Assembly: GCA_041659205.1 (NCBI GenBank) | Contig: JBAZYS010000003.1 | Span: 3,266 to 67,265, forward strand | DNA from: Minisyncoccota bacterium | GTDB taxonomy: Bacteria > Patescibacteriota > Minisyncoccia > Phycocordibacterales > UBA9973 | Direction of reading: 5' to 3' | Length of the DNA: 64,000 nucleotides | The notes under the pieces: model-generated | The model's database searches: none | What the model was told of the DNA's origin: nothing | The model's input: only the letters and a program-made list of their open reading frames with translations | Part shown: piece by piece, positions 29,462 to 39,521 of the stretch | Numbering within the stretch: the stretch's first letter is position 1 | Layout: each line of letters begins with the position of its first letter | Translations under genes and position numbers: made by a program

Positions 29462-29842
29462 TTAATCTACGATTGTTAAATGTTTCATCATAATTCGGCG
29501 TAATTTATTTCCTGGAAGCATTTGAAATGTAGCAAGCTTGATTAATTCCTTCAATCCTTTTTTCTCAGCAGTTTCTGTACCTTTTAAAATACGTAGTCCA
29601 CCTGGAATACCTGAATATCTAGTATGATAAATCTCATCCAATTTCTTTGGTGTAATACGAAGTTTGTTTGCATTAATAACTTTTACAGGGAAACCAGAGT
29701 AAACATTGCGTTCAAAAGTCGCTTTCGTTTTACCCATCAATGACATCGCTACTTCACTAGCAACTCTGCCGAGGGTTCTGCCTGAAGCATCTATTGTCTT
29801 CATTTCTGTATCCTTATTTACTTTTGTTTCTGTTTTTTTCAT
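29462..29842 (-). CDS. rplM: 50S ribosomal protein L13
   Basis: IDASGRTLGRVAS...YSGIPGG...MLP. Confidence 0.96.
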   Translation of the reverse strand: MKKTETKVNKDTEMKTIDASGRTLGRVASEVAMSLMGKTKATFERNVYSGFPVKVINANKLRITPKKLDEIYHTRYSGIPGGLRILKGTETAEKKGLKELIKLATFQMLPGNKLRRIMMKHLTIVD

Positions 29843-29887
29843 TATATTTTTTATACTAAGTTATTTTCATCAATAACACAAGAAAAT

Positions 29888-30244
29888 CTATTTAACAAAT
29901 TCTATAACTGCCATTGGTGCACCATCTGACTTTCTAATTCCTAATTTCAAAACTCTGGTATAACCACCTTTCTTGTCTGCATATCTTGGGGCAATGACTT
30001 CAAAAAGCTTTTTAACTTCAGCGCTGCGGTTTGAAAGCTTCGCAATGATAAGTCTGCGAGTAGCAAGGCTACCGCCCTTGGCACGAGTCACAAGCTTTTC
30101 TATAAAAGGTCGCAATTCTTTTGCTTTAGGTTCGGTTGTTTTAATCTTCTCACGTACTATCAAATTGAGCGCTAAAGAATTTAAAAGCGCTTTCTTTTGT
30201 GTTTTATCTCTTCCGAATTTTCTTACATTATTTCCATGTCTCAT
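29888..30244 (-). CDS. rplQ: 50S ribosomal protein L17
   Basis: MRHG...IKTTEPKAKELR...GGYTRV. Confidence 0.98.
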   Translation of the reverse strand: MRHGNNVRKFGRDKTQKKALLNSLALNLIVREKIKTTEPKAKELRPFIEKLVTRAKGGSLATRRLIIAKLSNRSAEVKKLFEVIAPRYADKKGGYTRVLKLGIRKSDGAPMAVIEFVK

Positions 30245-30269
30245 ATAATTAGTGGCGTTAAGCTCGTAG

Positions 30270-31247
30270 TTATTCTTTTAAATTAAGGCCAAACTTGTTT
30301 AAAACTTTTTTAATCTCGGTAATACCTTTTTCTCCAATGCCTTCGATTTCAAGCAAATCTTCTCTTTTCTTTCGAGCAAGACCTCCAAGAGTTCGAATAT
30401 TTGCAGAAGTAAGAGCATTTAATGTTCTAGTTGAAAGGTCGAGGCTGTCTGTACGAGTCTTAAGAACGTCAGCAAAATCGCCTCCTTTCTTATCTTCTCC
30501 TTCTTCTTCCTCTTCTTCTTTAGATGCTTTTTTACCGACTTTTACTTCTTCCTCTACATCCTTGAAATCAATAATCGCTTTTAATTGATTTATCATGATT
30601 TCTATAGAACGAGTCATCGCTTCACGGGCAGTAAGGGTTCCATCTGTCTCGATTGAGATTCTTAAGCGATTGTGGTTCGTCTTGTCGCCGACACGCATGT
30701 TTTCAACTTCATAGGCTACTCTACGAATAGGAGAAAAAATAGCATCTACGGCAATAGTCCCGACATCAACTTTTTCTTTCTGAAAAGCCTCTTTTGAAAT
30801 AAAGCCTAAGCCTTTTTCAATTTTCATTTCAATATTTAAATTTACCTTGCCTGTAACTTCTACAATGTGAAGTTCGGGATTCAAGATTTCTACTTGTCCA
30901 CCAGTTTTTATATCAGAAGCTAAAACTTCTTTCGGTCCTTTTATAGATAATGTTACTGTCTGAGGTTCATCAGAGAGCATTTTGAAACGAGTTTTCTTCA
31001 AGTTTAAAATCATCACGATAACGTCCTCTTTAATTCCGTCCATTGTCTGAAATTCATGACTAACACCGTCAATCTTGATAGACGTAATACTAGCGCCTGG
31101 AAGAGAAGAAAGAATTATCCTTCTTAAGCTATTACCTAAGGTATGTCCATACCCTGGGTACAAACCATCTATTTCAAATACTCCCTTATTACCTTCTTCT
31201 AAGACAACACGAGGCTTTGAAGGCATAATTATTTTATATTCAGGCAT
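30270..31247 (-). CDS. rpoA: RNA polymerase alpha subunit
   Basis: GYGHTLGNSLRRIILSS, VDAIFSP and an alpha-CTD. Confidence 0.98.
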   Translation of the reverse strand: MPEYKIIMPSKPRVVLEEGNKGVFEIDGLYPGYGHTLGNSLRRIILSSLPGASITSIKIDGVSHEFQTMDGIKEDVIVMILNLKKTRFKMLSDEPQTVTLSIKGPKEVLASDIKTGGQVEILNPELHIVEVTGKVNLNIEMKIEKGLGFISKEAFQKEKVDVGTIAVDAIFSPIRRVAYEVENMRVGDKTNHNRLRISIETDGTLTAREAMTRSIEIMINQLKAIIDFKDVEEEVKVGKKASKEEEEEEGEDKKGGDFADVLKTRTDSLDLSTRTLNALTSANIRTLGGLARKKREDLLEIEGIGEKGITEIKKVLNKFGLNLKE

Positions 31248-31311
31248 AATTTTTATATTTATCCGCCCCTGGCGGGAAAAGTTAATTAAACTCTAATAAT
31301 ATTTTTAAAAT

Positions 31312-31914
31312 TTAACGACTGTAAAATTCAAGAACGGCATTAATATCAAGAAAGGTTTCGATATTTTTTGGTTTAGCTAAAATGCGTCCTTCCATACTAC
31401 CTATATCAAAAGCAACCCAAGTAGGAGCAGTATAATCTTTCAGTCTGGCCTCCAAGTTTTCAAAAATTTTCTTTACTTTACTTCCCTCACGAACCTTTAT
31501 AACATCTCCAATCTTTACCTCATATGAAGGAACAGTGACCCGGTGATTGTTTATAACAAAGTGTCCATGAGATACCATCTGTCTAGTAGCACGACGGCTG
31601 GCTCCGAGACCCATTCTGTAGATTACGTTATCGAGACGAGATTCAAGTCCTTCGTAGAGTTTCTCTGCAGTACCAGCACCTTTTACTCCTGAAACTTTCT
31701 TCACATAGTTTGAAAGCTGTTTTTCAGAAATACCATATGAGAAACGAATCTTCTGCTTTTCAATTAATTGAACTCCGTATTCTGTTGGAGCCTTTGGACG
31801 CTTTCCTCCTGGCAAAGTTTTCGCAGTTGCGGCAGAAAATTTAGCAGTCTGACATTTGTCATAAACTCCAGGACCAAGTCTTCTACAAATTTTAAATTTT
31901 GGCTTTGATATCAT
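31312..31914 (-). CDS. rpsD: 30S ribosomal protein S4
   Basis: EKQKIR...LESRLDNVIYRMG...RQMVSHGH. Confidence 0.98.
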   Translation of the reverse strand: MISKPKFKICRRLGPGVYDKCQTAKFSAATAKTLPGGKRPKAPTEYGVQLIEKQKIRFSYGISEKQLSNYVKKVSGVKGAGTAEKLYEGLESRLDNVIYRMGLGASRRATRQMVSHGHFVINNHRVTVPSYEVKIGDVIKVREGSKVKKIFENLEARLKDYTAPTWVAFDIGSMEGRILAKPKNIETFLDINAVLEFYSR

Positions 31915-31928
31915 AAATTTTTTTAATA

Positions 31929-32360
31929 TTAAACTCTTCTTGGCTTCTTAGCTTTTGGTCCATTGTGAGGCACTGGTGTCGCATCTAGAACAGAAGTGAT
32001 TTCAATCCCATGAGCCATAAAAGCTCTAACCGCTGGTTCACGTCCTGATCCAACTCCTAGGATAACTACATCGGCATCCTTTACTCCGAGGATTTCCGCT
32101 TTACCACCAATAATATCTCCTACCTTAGAAGCTGCAAAAGGAGTACCTTTTTTAGCACCTCTAAAGCCTAAACTTCCTGCACTTGACCAAAATAATGTAT
32201 TACCTCCCTTATCTGAAAAAAGAACTTTAGTATTATTGAAAGTAGCCTCAACATGTAAAATTCCAGAAGTAATTTTCTTCTTGGCAGTTTTTGACGGAGC
32301 TTTTTTTACTTCTTCTCCTTCAAGCTTTATTTCTTCTGTTGTTGTTTTTGTTTTTGGCAT
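31929..32360 (-). CDS. rpsK: 30S ribosomal protein S11
   Basis: ATFNNT, GTPFAA and TPVPHNG motifs. Confidence 0.98.
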   Translation of the reverse strand: MPKTKTTTEEIKLEGEEVKKAPSKTAKKKITSGILHVEATFNNTKVLFSDKGGNTLFWSSAGSLGFRGAKKGTPFAASKVGDIIGGKAEILGVKDADVVILGVGSGREPAVRAFMAHGIEITSVLDATPVPHNGPKAKKPRRV

Positions 32361-32380
32361 TTAAAATTTTTGTTTATTGA

Positions 32381-32761
32381 TTATGTTTTACTCTCTTTTC
32401 TCTTACCAGAGGCCATCGTCTTTCTGACATTACCTCTAACTGTTCGGGAGTTTGTCTTTGTGCGCTGTCCACGAACTGGTAATCTCTTCATGTGGCGAAC
32501 CCCTCTGTAACTTTTGATATCTTTCAGTCTTTTTATATTTGCGGCAACTTCTCTTTTTAGATTTCCTTCGATTGAGATTTTCTCCACAATGGCACGAATA
32601 CTATTTTCTTCATCTAAAGTTAAATCTTTAGCTTTTTTACCAGCATCAATGTTAACTTGCTTTAAAATTTTACGAGCAGAAGAAATACCAATACCATATA
32701 GGCATGTTAGTCCAATCTCTAGTCTCTTTTCATTTGGTACGGTGATTCCTAAAATTCTCAT
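32381..32761 (-). CDS. rpsM: 30S ribosomal protein S13
   Basis: YGIG...YRGVRH...LPVRGQRTKTN. Confidence 0.98.
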   Translation of the reverse strand: MRILGITVPNEKRLEIGLTCLYGIGISSARKILKQVNIDAGKKAKDLTLDEENSIRAIVEKISIEGNLKREVAANIKRLKDIKSYRGVRHMKRLPVRGQRTKTNSRTVRGNVRKTMASGKRKESKT

Positions 32762-32777
32762 AAATTATTATTTTTGT

Positions 32778-32888
32778 TTATTGCTTTTGTTTATGCTTGG
32801 GGTTAGTACAAATTATTCTTAAATGCCTGGCTCTTTTAACCATTTTACAATTATCACAAATTTTTTTTACTGCTGATTTTATTTTCAT
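32778..32888 (-). CDS. rpmJ: 50S ribosomal protein L36 (not in the ORF track)
   Basis: Hand translation [36 protein letters not shown]; syntenic position between infA and rpsM. Confidence 0.95.
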   Translation of the reverse strand: MKIKSAVKKICDNCKMVKRARHLRIICTNPKHKQKQ

Positions 32889-33004
32889 AAAAAATTTTAT
32901 TTAAACAATACAAAATAAGAGAAAAACAAGGAGAAAACCCTTATTTTTCAATGCTTTAACTTTTTAAAAACCGTAATTAGTATAATACACTATTATTAAA
33001 AAAA

Positions 33005-33238
33005 TTACAACCTTTTAACGATTCTTCCCTTTCCGCCATAAGGATCAAGTACTATCTCAACTGAATCCCCGATTAAAACTTTGATTCTGTGCATGCGCAT
33101 CTTCCCTCCCAAATATGCCAGAATTTCTTTTTCATCTTCTCCGGAACCTTCCATTTTGACCCTAAATAAAGTAGAAGGCAAAGCCTCTGTTACAACGCCT
33201 CTTGCCGTTACTATTTTCTCTTTTCTCTGGTCACTCAT
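33005..33238 (-). CDS. infA: Translation initiation factor IF-1
   Basis: GVVTEALPSTLFRV...GKMRMHRIKVLIGD. Confidence 0.97.
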   Translation of the reverse strand: MSDQRKEKIVTARGVVTEALPSTLFRVKMEGSGEDEKEILAYLGGKMRMHRIKVLIGDSVEIVLDPYGGKGRIVKRL

Positions 33239-33300
33239 GAATATATGTATATTATAGTAAAATTAATAAATTAAGTCAAATAAATACTACGTAATATGGA

Positions 33301-34659
33301 TTACTTAAGAAAATCGACTGTCAATTTTATATCTTTTGTTTTACTTGGAATGGTTTGAATCCAAAGTGGGCTTAATTTTAAGGTAGCAGAATCAATGCCA
33401 GGATATTCTGCAAGGATTTGGGTAAAGTCCTTTTTTGATTTATTGAGTAAATTAGCTGTAAATTTATTTACGTCAAGCTTCCAAACAATCTTTGCGGGAC
33501 CTGTTAAACTAAAATTAATACTATTTACACTCTCAAACGAAATACTATCTTTGTTGAAAAGTGTAAAAGCTAAATCTTTAATATTTGGTATATAAACTTC
33601 ACTATTATCATATTTCTCAATATTGTTTTTAGCAATTTTTTGAGTAAGTTTTTGTTCATTGAAAATAATACCATAGAGAGTACCCTTCAAAGTTAGAACA
33701 GCTGAACCATCTGCTTTAGCTTCACCAGCAATAATGTCATCAACTTTTAATGCTGTAGCATCCTTATACAATAAAAATCCAGGAATCTGACTCGCAATTT
33801 TATTATAAAGTTTATCTCTCAGGGACGTCTCCAGCTCTTTCCCTATATCAGTTTTTTGAGTATCACTAAAAATGCGAGATTTCCCGACGATTCCTCCTGT
33901 GATACTTCCGACAGAGCGACCATCAAATTTGGCATATCTACTCGTGCCTTTAAAACCTGCAATTTTAAAATCAAGCGGGCCACTATTATACGCAGACCCC
34001 TGTTCGGCTGCATAAATATCTACTCCGACTTGCCCCGGTGTGCCATCCTTTGCCATACCAGGAACTACAACTTTCTTTTTTGTTTTGTAAATTTTATTAT
34101 TTGAACCTTCAAGTCGTGTATCAATGGCAAGTGTTTGGGGGCTGCCATTAAATTTGTTGTAAACAATTATTTTACCCTTTGCACTTTCTTTGTAGTCCTG
34201 CTCCTCTAAAATTATTGTTTTCGAATCTTCACCAGAGAAGTGCGCAAGCTCAAAAGGTAAAACATCAGCATTTGAATCAAGACTCGCAGACAAATTCTCG
34301 TTCAGTACTACATCCTTCATTTTGAGCTTTACTGTTACTTCCGCTCTAGAAAATAAAAATGAAATAGCAAAAAAACAAAATACAACAGAAATGAATGCAA
34401 TAAACCAAAGCATAAACCTTGACTTGCTTTGGTTTGAGTTTCTCTCTCCTAAGTTTATACTTGGATATTTTTCCTCTTCTTGAACTCTTTTAAATATTTC
34501 TCTTGGTTTTATTTTAGGCTCAATTTTAAACTCCATCTTTGGTTCTATTTTTGGTTCAATTTTGGGCTCTATTTTGCGTTCAATTTTCGACTCTATTTTC
34601 GGAGTAAATTTTTTTACATGCTTTATTCGCACCATGTCTTGTAGTAATTTTTTGGCCAT
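33301..34659 (-). CDS. Membrane-anchored hypothetical protein (weakly baseplate-J-like) with KIEP repeats
   Basis: One TM helix after a repeat-rich N-terminus; AKGKIIVYN and ITGG motifs; follows the FtsA-like gene. Confidence 0.65.
   Translation of the reverse strand: MAKKLLQDMVRIKHVKKFTPKIESKIERKIEPKIEPKIEPKMEFKIEPKIKPREIFKRVQEEEKYPSINLGERNSNQSKSRFMLWFIAFISVVFCFFAISFLFSRAEVTVKLKMKDVVLNENLSASLDSNADVLPFELAHFSGEDSKTIILEEQDYKESAKGKIIVYNKFNGSPQTLAIDTRLEGSNNKIYKTKKKVVVPGMAKDGTPGQVGVDIYAAEQGSAYNSGPLDFKIAGFKGTSRYAKFDGRSVGSITGGIVGKSRIFSDTQKTDIGKELETSLRDKLYNKIASQIPGFLLYKDATALKVDDIIAGEAKADGSAVLTLKGTLYGIIFNEQKLTQKIAKNNIEKYDNSEVYIPNIKDLAFTLFNKDSISFESVNSINFSLTGPAKIVWKLDVNKFTANLLNKSKKDFTQILAEYPGIDSATLKLSPLWIQTIPSKTKDIKLTVDFLK
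34504..34599 (-). repeat. Coding 12-bp tandem repeat, 8 imperfect copies
   Basis: KIES KIER KIEP KIEP KIEP KMEF KIEP KIKP. Confidence 0.9.
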
Positions 34660-34661
34660 AA

Positions 34662-35858
34662 TTATGCTTGTCCCGCTACTCCAGGATTAGTTAAAAAGCG
34701 ATTAATGTAAATAGAATCAATAATAAGAAAAGGTTCGCGAATTACATCCTCCTTGAATACAGCTGTTCCATGGAGTGCTTCAATACTCAAGAAAATAACC
34801 TCAAACTTTGATTCCGTTAAAGTGTACTGACTAAATTGCTCACTTTTAATTGTTTCTGTAAAAAAATCTACTAAATCTTTATCTATCGCAATATAAATTG
34901 TGGAAGGAATTGAGATATCTTTTGATAAATTCGCTAAAGAATCTTGAAATTTCTTTAACCACTCTGCTCTTAATTTATTTAAAATCAATCCGAGTTTTCT
35001 TGCCACTGCTATTTCTGCATGTCCATCTTCATAGAGCGAAATTAGGGAATATGCTTCATTTAAACTACAACCAAAATCCAAAGCTACTCCACGAATAAGA
35101 AAATTGCGTCCAAGTGGGAAAGACATTGAATCACGGAGGGTATTCTTTTTTATCATTGCAATATCTGTCACTTCCCCTCCGATATCTATCAAAAGAAAAT
35201 TTTCTTGCTTAACATACATATCACGCACGACAGTAAAGAATGATAGAACAAAAGAAGAAAATTTTATTAATTTAAAGTGAAAATATTTACCGATAGTGTC
35301 TTCAATTTTTCTTAAAACTTGTTCTCCACTAATTGAAATAAAAATCGTCATTTCCAACTCTTTAGTTTTTTTATTAAGTGGTTTAGATGTCTCATAACCA
35401 TTTAGCATCGTTTTAATATTTTTGAGTTCTATCGTCCGTACCATATTGTCAGGATTACTATATTTCAAGAGATGCTCTTCCTCAAAAAGTTTAATTTCTT
35501 TTTTAACCAATTCATCTGCTAATTTTTCAGTGAAAACAAAAGGAACATTCTTCTTGAAATTAATTATTCTAGTTTGAGAAGCACGCCAAGCTGAAGACAA
35601 AACACAGAACACTTGTTTAGGTGCACCGAGCCTAGCTTGATAAATTTTACTGGAAACAACATCTAATGATTTAATTGTCAGCAAAAGAAAACGGTCAATA
35701 TCTATCTTTTCTTCGAGCGCTATCGGTTCGCGCACAGAGAGAATTATTTTAGGAATACCACTATCCTGCGCTTCAAAAAGCGCTCCACCCACAGAAGAAG
35801 AACCAATATTAAAAACTAATATCAATTCATTCTTTTTATGTCCAGAAAAAATACCCAT
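34662..35858 (-). CDS. FtsA/PilM-like actin-fold protein
   Basis: NIGSSSV and LIDIGGEVTD phosphate motifs. Confidence 0.7.
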   Translation of the reverse strand: MGIFSGHKKNELILVFNIGSSSVGGALFEAQDSGIPKIILSVREPIALEEKIDIDRFLLLTIKSLDVVSSKIYQARLGAPKQVFCVLSSAWRASQTRIINFKKNVPFVFTEKLADELVKKEIKLFEEEHLLKYSNPDNMVRTIELKNIKTMLNGYETSKPLNKKTKELEMTIFISISGEQVLRKIEDTIGKYFHFKLIKFSSFVLSFFTVVRDMYVKQENFLLIDIGGEVTDIAMIKKNTLRDSMSFPLGRNFLIRGVALDFGCSLNEAYSLISLYEDGHAEIAVARKLGLILNKLRAEWLKKFQDSLANLSKDISIPSTIYIAIDKDLVDFFTETIKSEQFSQYTLTESKFEVIFLSIEALHGTAVFKEDVIREPFLIIDSIYINRFLTNPGVAGQA

Positions 35859-35880
35859 ACTTGATTATATCATAAATAGA

Positions 35881-37626
35881 TTAATCCAATATAGCTTTAA
35901 TGCGTCTGATGCCGGCAGCTACTGCCTCTTCTTTTTGAATTTTAAAATGACCTAGTTCTTTAGTATTATTTACATGAGGTCCACCACAAAATTCCTTAGA
36001 AATAGGGTTGCCATTTTTATCCTCAATAAAATACAATGATACGGTATCTGGATACTTAGCCCCGAATTCCATTTCCGCACCGAGTTTTTCTGCTTCAACT
36101 AAAGGCATCTCTTTGCGGACAACATTTAAACTTTCAGAAATTTTTTCATTGACCCAGTCTTCTGTTTTTTGTTTTTCTTCGTCGGTTAATTTATGGTCAC
36201 AAAGAAAATCCATGCGTAGACGCTCCTCAGTGATATTGCTCCCCCGCTGTTTTATATTTTTATCGACGACAACCTGTAGTCCTGCAAGAAGTAGATGATG
36301 TGCAGTATGAAGTCTAATGGTCTTCTCATTGTGATTTGCAAGTCCACCCTTAAACATACCAGCTGACGAAGTCTGAGATAGCTTCTGATGTTCTGCCATC
36401 TTTTTGTGAAATTCTTCTATGTCAACCGTCTGCCCTTTTTCCATAGCAAGCTCAAGAGTAAGCTCTATGGGGAAACCATAAGTAGTCGCTAAGATAAATG
36501 GGTCAATACCCTTTTCAAATTCTTTTAATCCGTGCTCGAGAGTTTGTGAAAATTTTCCTATTTCTTTTATTATTGGTTCAAATATATTTGTATTCAAACT
36601 AGGATACGCATAACTATAGGTGGCAACATATGCATTTAATATATTTACGACATCATCATTCTTTGCGTCTGGAAAAATATGTTTTAAATATCTCCAACCC
36701 CTACGAATCAAACGACGCATAACGTAGCCTGCGTCTTTGTTCCCTGGGAAAACACCATCTAAAGACATAAACAAGGCTGCCCGAAAATGGTCAGCAATAA
36801 TTCTAAATGCTTTCTCATCTTTTTGAATATTTGGTAATGAATGCAAAACATCCATTACTTTCACAAAGATATCTGTATCATAGGCTGTTTTTTTGCCTTG
36901 CATTACCGCTGTGATTCTCTCGAGCCCTGCACCAGTATCTACATTTTTTTGTTTTAATTTGCCTATTACTTTTCCACCTTCCTTTTCATACTCCATGAAA
37001 ACATCATTCCAGATTTCTATCACTTCCTCTTTTTTTATTGCTTCTAAAAATGCCTCCTTTGATAAATCTCCAACATTTCCTGATACATCGTAAAACATCT
37101 CACTACAAGGACCACAGGGGCCATTGTCTCCCGGGCTCCACCAATTATCATCTGCACCTAAAAAATAAATTCTATTTTCAGGTATTCCTAAACTTTTCCA
37201 AATTTCTGCTGAATCATTATCTTTTGGAGCATTTTCATCTCCTTCAAAAGCTGTCACATATAAGCGTGAAGCATCAAGCCCAAGACCTTCGGTTTTAGAA
37301 GTTAAAAATTCATAACTCCATTTTATAGTATCTTCTTTAAAATAATCTCCGAGAGACCAATTTCCCATCATTTCAAAAAATGAAAGATGCCTATTGTCTC
37401 CGATGTCGTCGAGGTCTCCTGTGCGAACACATTTCTGAATATCGACAATTCTTTTACCCATTGGGTGCTCTTGTCCAAGGAGATATGGCACCAAGGGTTG
37501 CATTCCAGCCGTGTTGAAAAGCACTGAAGGATCATTCTCAGGTACAAGAGAAGCAGAAGGGATTATTTTATGTCCTCTATTTTCAAAAAATTTTAGAAAT
37601 TTTAATCTAATTTCACTTGATTCCAT
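35881..37626 (-). CDS. alaS: Alanyl-tRNA synthetase (lacks the C-Ala domain)
   Basis: LFNTAGMQP, FEMMGN, DTGAGLER, HTAHH and EFCGGPHV motifs. Confidence 0.97.
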   Translation of the reverse strand: MESSEIRLKFLKFFENRGHKIIPSASLVPENDPSVLFNTAGMQPLVPYLLGQEHPMGKRIVDIQKCVRTGDLDDIGDNRHLSFFEMMGNWSLGDYFKEDTIKWSYEFLTSKTEGLGLDASRLYVTAFEGDENAPKDNDSAEIWKSLGIPENRIYFLGADDNWWSPGDNGPCGPCSEMFYDVSGNVGDLSKEAFLEAIKKEEVIEIWNDVFMEYEKEGGKVIGKLKQKNVDTGAGLERITAVMQGKKTAYDTDIFVKVMDVLHSLPNIQKDEKAFRIIADHFRAALFMSLDGVFPGNKDAGYVMRRLIRRGWRYLKHIFPDAKNDDVVNILNAYVATYSYAYPSLNTNIFEPIIKEIGKFSQTLEHGLKEFEKGIDPFILATTYGFPIELTLELAMEKGQTVDIEEFHKKMAEHQKLSQTSSAGMFKGGLANHNEKTIRLHTAHHLLLAGLQVVVDKNIKQRGSNITEERLRMDFLCDHKLTDEEKQKTEDWVNEKISESLNVVRKEMPLVEAEKLGAEMEFGAKYPDTVSLYFIEDKNGNPISKEFCGGPHVNNTKELGHFKIQKEEAVAAGIRRIKAILD

Positions 37627-37640
37627 ACAGAATAACTATC

Positions 37641-38111
37641 TTAACTTTCTTTACTCATATTCCCATCGGCCATCCTCCTAATTGGTTTTTCAATTATATT
37701 CATCAAAATGAAAATGATAAGAATCAAAACTGTAGAAATGGTCGCTAAGCTATAAAGTCCAAAGCCTACTGCCACACCTACCCCAGCTGTGACCCAAAGA
37801 CCTCCAGCCGTTGTAAGGCCCATTAATTTTTCGCCTTGCATCATTATTAAACCAGCGCTTAAAAATCCAACACCCATTATGATGTTAGCAGCAATCATTC
37901 CAGGATTAAAACCACTGACTCCTGCATATTTTTGTGATAGAAATTCAGAAATTATTATGAAAAGAGTTGCTCCCATGGCCACCAATGAATGCGTTTTCAT
38001 CCCAGCTACTTTGTGAACAAAAAGACGTTCTGCTCCTATAAACATTCCCAGTGACAGAGATACAGTTAATTTTAAAATTATCTCACTATTTTGTGTAAAA
38101 AATTGTTGCAT
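37641..38111 (-). CDS. MgtC/SapB family membrane protein
   Basis: IGAER...AGMKTH...GVGFLSAG...GLTTAGGLW; start set 6 nt after TATAAT. Confidence 0.92.
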   Translation of the reverse strand: MQQFFTQNSEIILKLTVSLSLGMFIGAERLFVHKVAGMKTHSLVAMGATLFIIISEFLSQKYAGVSGFNPGMIAANIIMGVGFLSAGLIMMQGEKLMGLTTAGGLWVTAGVGVAVGFGLYSLATISTVLILIIFILMNIIEKPIRRMADGNMSKES

Positions 38112-38118
38112 AGTCAAA

Positions 38119-39393
38119 TTATATAACAACTCCACCACCCAAGCAAATATCACCATCATAGACAACGATGGATTGGCCAGAGGCCACTAAGGTATTTTTT
38201 GCAAAAATTATCTCAGCTTTTCCTCCAGAAAGAACTTTAACCTTGCAAGGTAAAAATTCTCCATGATAACGAATCTGCGCAATGTAATTTTTGTTCGATT
38301 CAGGAATTCCTGAAATCCAATTTGTGTTATTAATTTCTACACAAAAACTATTTTCAGAAGAGGCTACGGAGCGCGACGGCGTGAGTCTTGAGGAATTTTT
38401 CAACAGAAAAATATCCGGACTCTTTTGAGAATAGTTTTTATTTTGCGATACTATCAAAATATTTTTCTTAATATCTTTTCCGATTACAAAATACGCACCA
38501 TCTGTGGACGTCTTTTGGGTAATTGTAAAACCATGTCGTTCCCCCAAAGTATGAAATACAACTCCATCATGATGGCCAATCGTTTCCCCAATTTCATTTA
38601 CCACTTTGCCTTTTTTAGACTTTATATAGTGTTTTAAAAAATCTTTCAAATCTACCGCTCCTAGAAAACAAATTCCTTGGCTATCTTTCTTCTCGGCAAC
38701 CGGAAGATTAAATTTCTTCGCAAGTTTTCTCACTTTCGTTTTCTTTAAATTACCAATTGGAAATAAAATTTTCTTTAATTGTTCTTGCTTTAGTGTCCAC
38801 AAAAAATAACTTTGATCCTTCGATGGATCTACACCTTTTTTAAGACAAAACAAATTATGTTTTTCGAATACCGACGTTGCTTTAGCAGGCAGGTTGAGAA
38901 AAGCATGATTTGTTTTGTCTTGCTGGCGATGTAAAAATTGTTTTTTTTCGGGAATATCCTGCTTCGCAACGTCACCACTCAAAAAATCAATTTTTACATC
39001 GCCATTCTCCGCATAATGTCCTGTCGCCACAAAATCAGCTCCCATCGCAAGAGCTTTTTTGAGAAATGCACCGAACTTCACTTCTTTATTGCACATCACA
39101 TCAGGATTCGGGGTTCGTCCCAGTTTATATTCACTTATCATATAGTCAGCCACTTCCTTTTTATAAACATCTGCAAGGTCAAAAGTAAGAAATGGAATAT
39201 CTAAAAAAGCAGCCACACGCATGGCGTCACGACGCTCGTCTTCTTCATTACATTCAAGGAAATCTGGATGCCAAGTTTTAATAAAAACTCCCACTACGTC
39301 AAAACCCTGCTTTTTTAACAAAGCAGCTGAGACGGCACTATCTACACCTCCTGATATTCCTACAAATACAGTTTTTTTCGTTAGGTTTTTCAT
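38119..39393 (-). CDS. mnmA: tRNA 2-thiouridylase MnmA with in-frame palindromic insertions
   Basis: SGGVDS, TPNPDVMCN, ATGHYA, KDQSYFL, DSQGICF and GQSIVVY motifs; two non-homologous inserted segments. Confidence 0.97.
   Translation of the reverse strand: MKNLTKKTVFVGISGGVDSAVSAALLKKQGFDVVGVFIKTWHPDFLECNEEDERRDAMRVAAFLDIPFLTFDLADVYKKEVADYMISEYKLGRTPNPDVMCNKEVKFGAFLKKALAMGADFVATGHYAENGDVKIDFLSGDVAKQDIPEKKQFLHRQQDKTNHAFLNLPAKATSVFEKHNLFCLKKGVDPSKDQSYFLWTLKQEQLKKILFPIGNLKKTKVRKLAKKFNLPVAEKKDSQGICFLGAVDLKDFLKHYIKSKKGKVVNEIGETIGHHDGVVFHTLGERHGFTITQKTSTDGAYFVIGKDIKKNILIVSQNKNYSQKSPDIFLLKNSSRLTPSRSVASSENSFCVEINNTNWISGIPESNKNYIAQIRYHGEFLPCKVKVLSGGKAEIIFAKNTLVASGQSIVVYDGDICLGGGVVI
38343..38439 (+). 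repeat. Palindromic element family A, copy 1 (in frame in mnmA)
   Basis: 20-bp outer arms; GCGC-GACG-GCGT-GAG; ATTTTTC-AACA-GAAAAAT. Confidence 0.7.
38842..39004. repeat. Two adjacent, oppositely oriented palindromic elements (family C) in frame in mnmA
   Basis: 38842-38921 and 38924-39004, each with 24-bp arms and the loop core GACGTTGC-N3/4-GCAGG on opposite strands. Confidence 0.85.
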
Positions 39394-39397
39394 ACAA

Positions 39398-39520
39398 TCA
39401 AAATATTAATAAAATAAACTTTTGAAGGGGTTTCGAGGCTGTCGAGCCGAGAATTTCAGGATTTTTTAAGCTTCAAAAAATCCGTACCGAAAAAAGTTTT
39501 ATTTTATTGAATATATTGAT
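39398..39520 (+). repeat. Palindromic element family A, copy 2 (intergenic)
   Basis: Long AT-rich arms; GGCT-GTCG-AGCC-GAG; GGATTTTTT...AAAAAATCC. Confidence 0.75.
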
Positions 39521-39521
39521 A

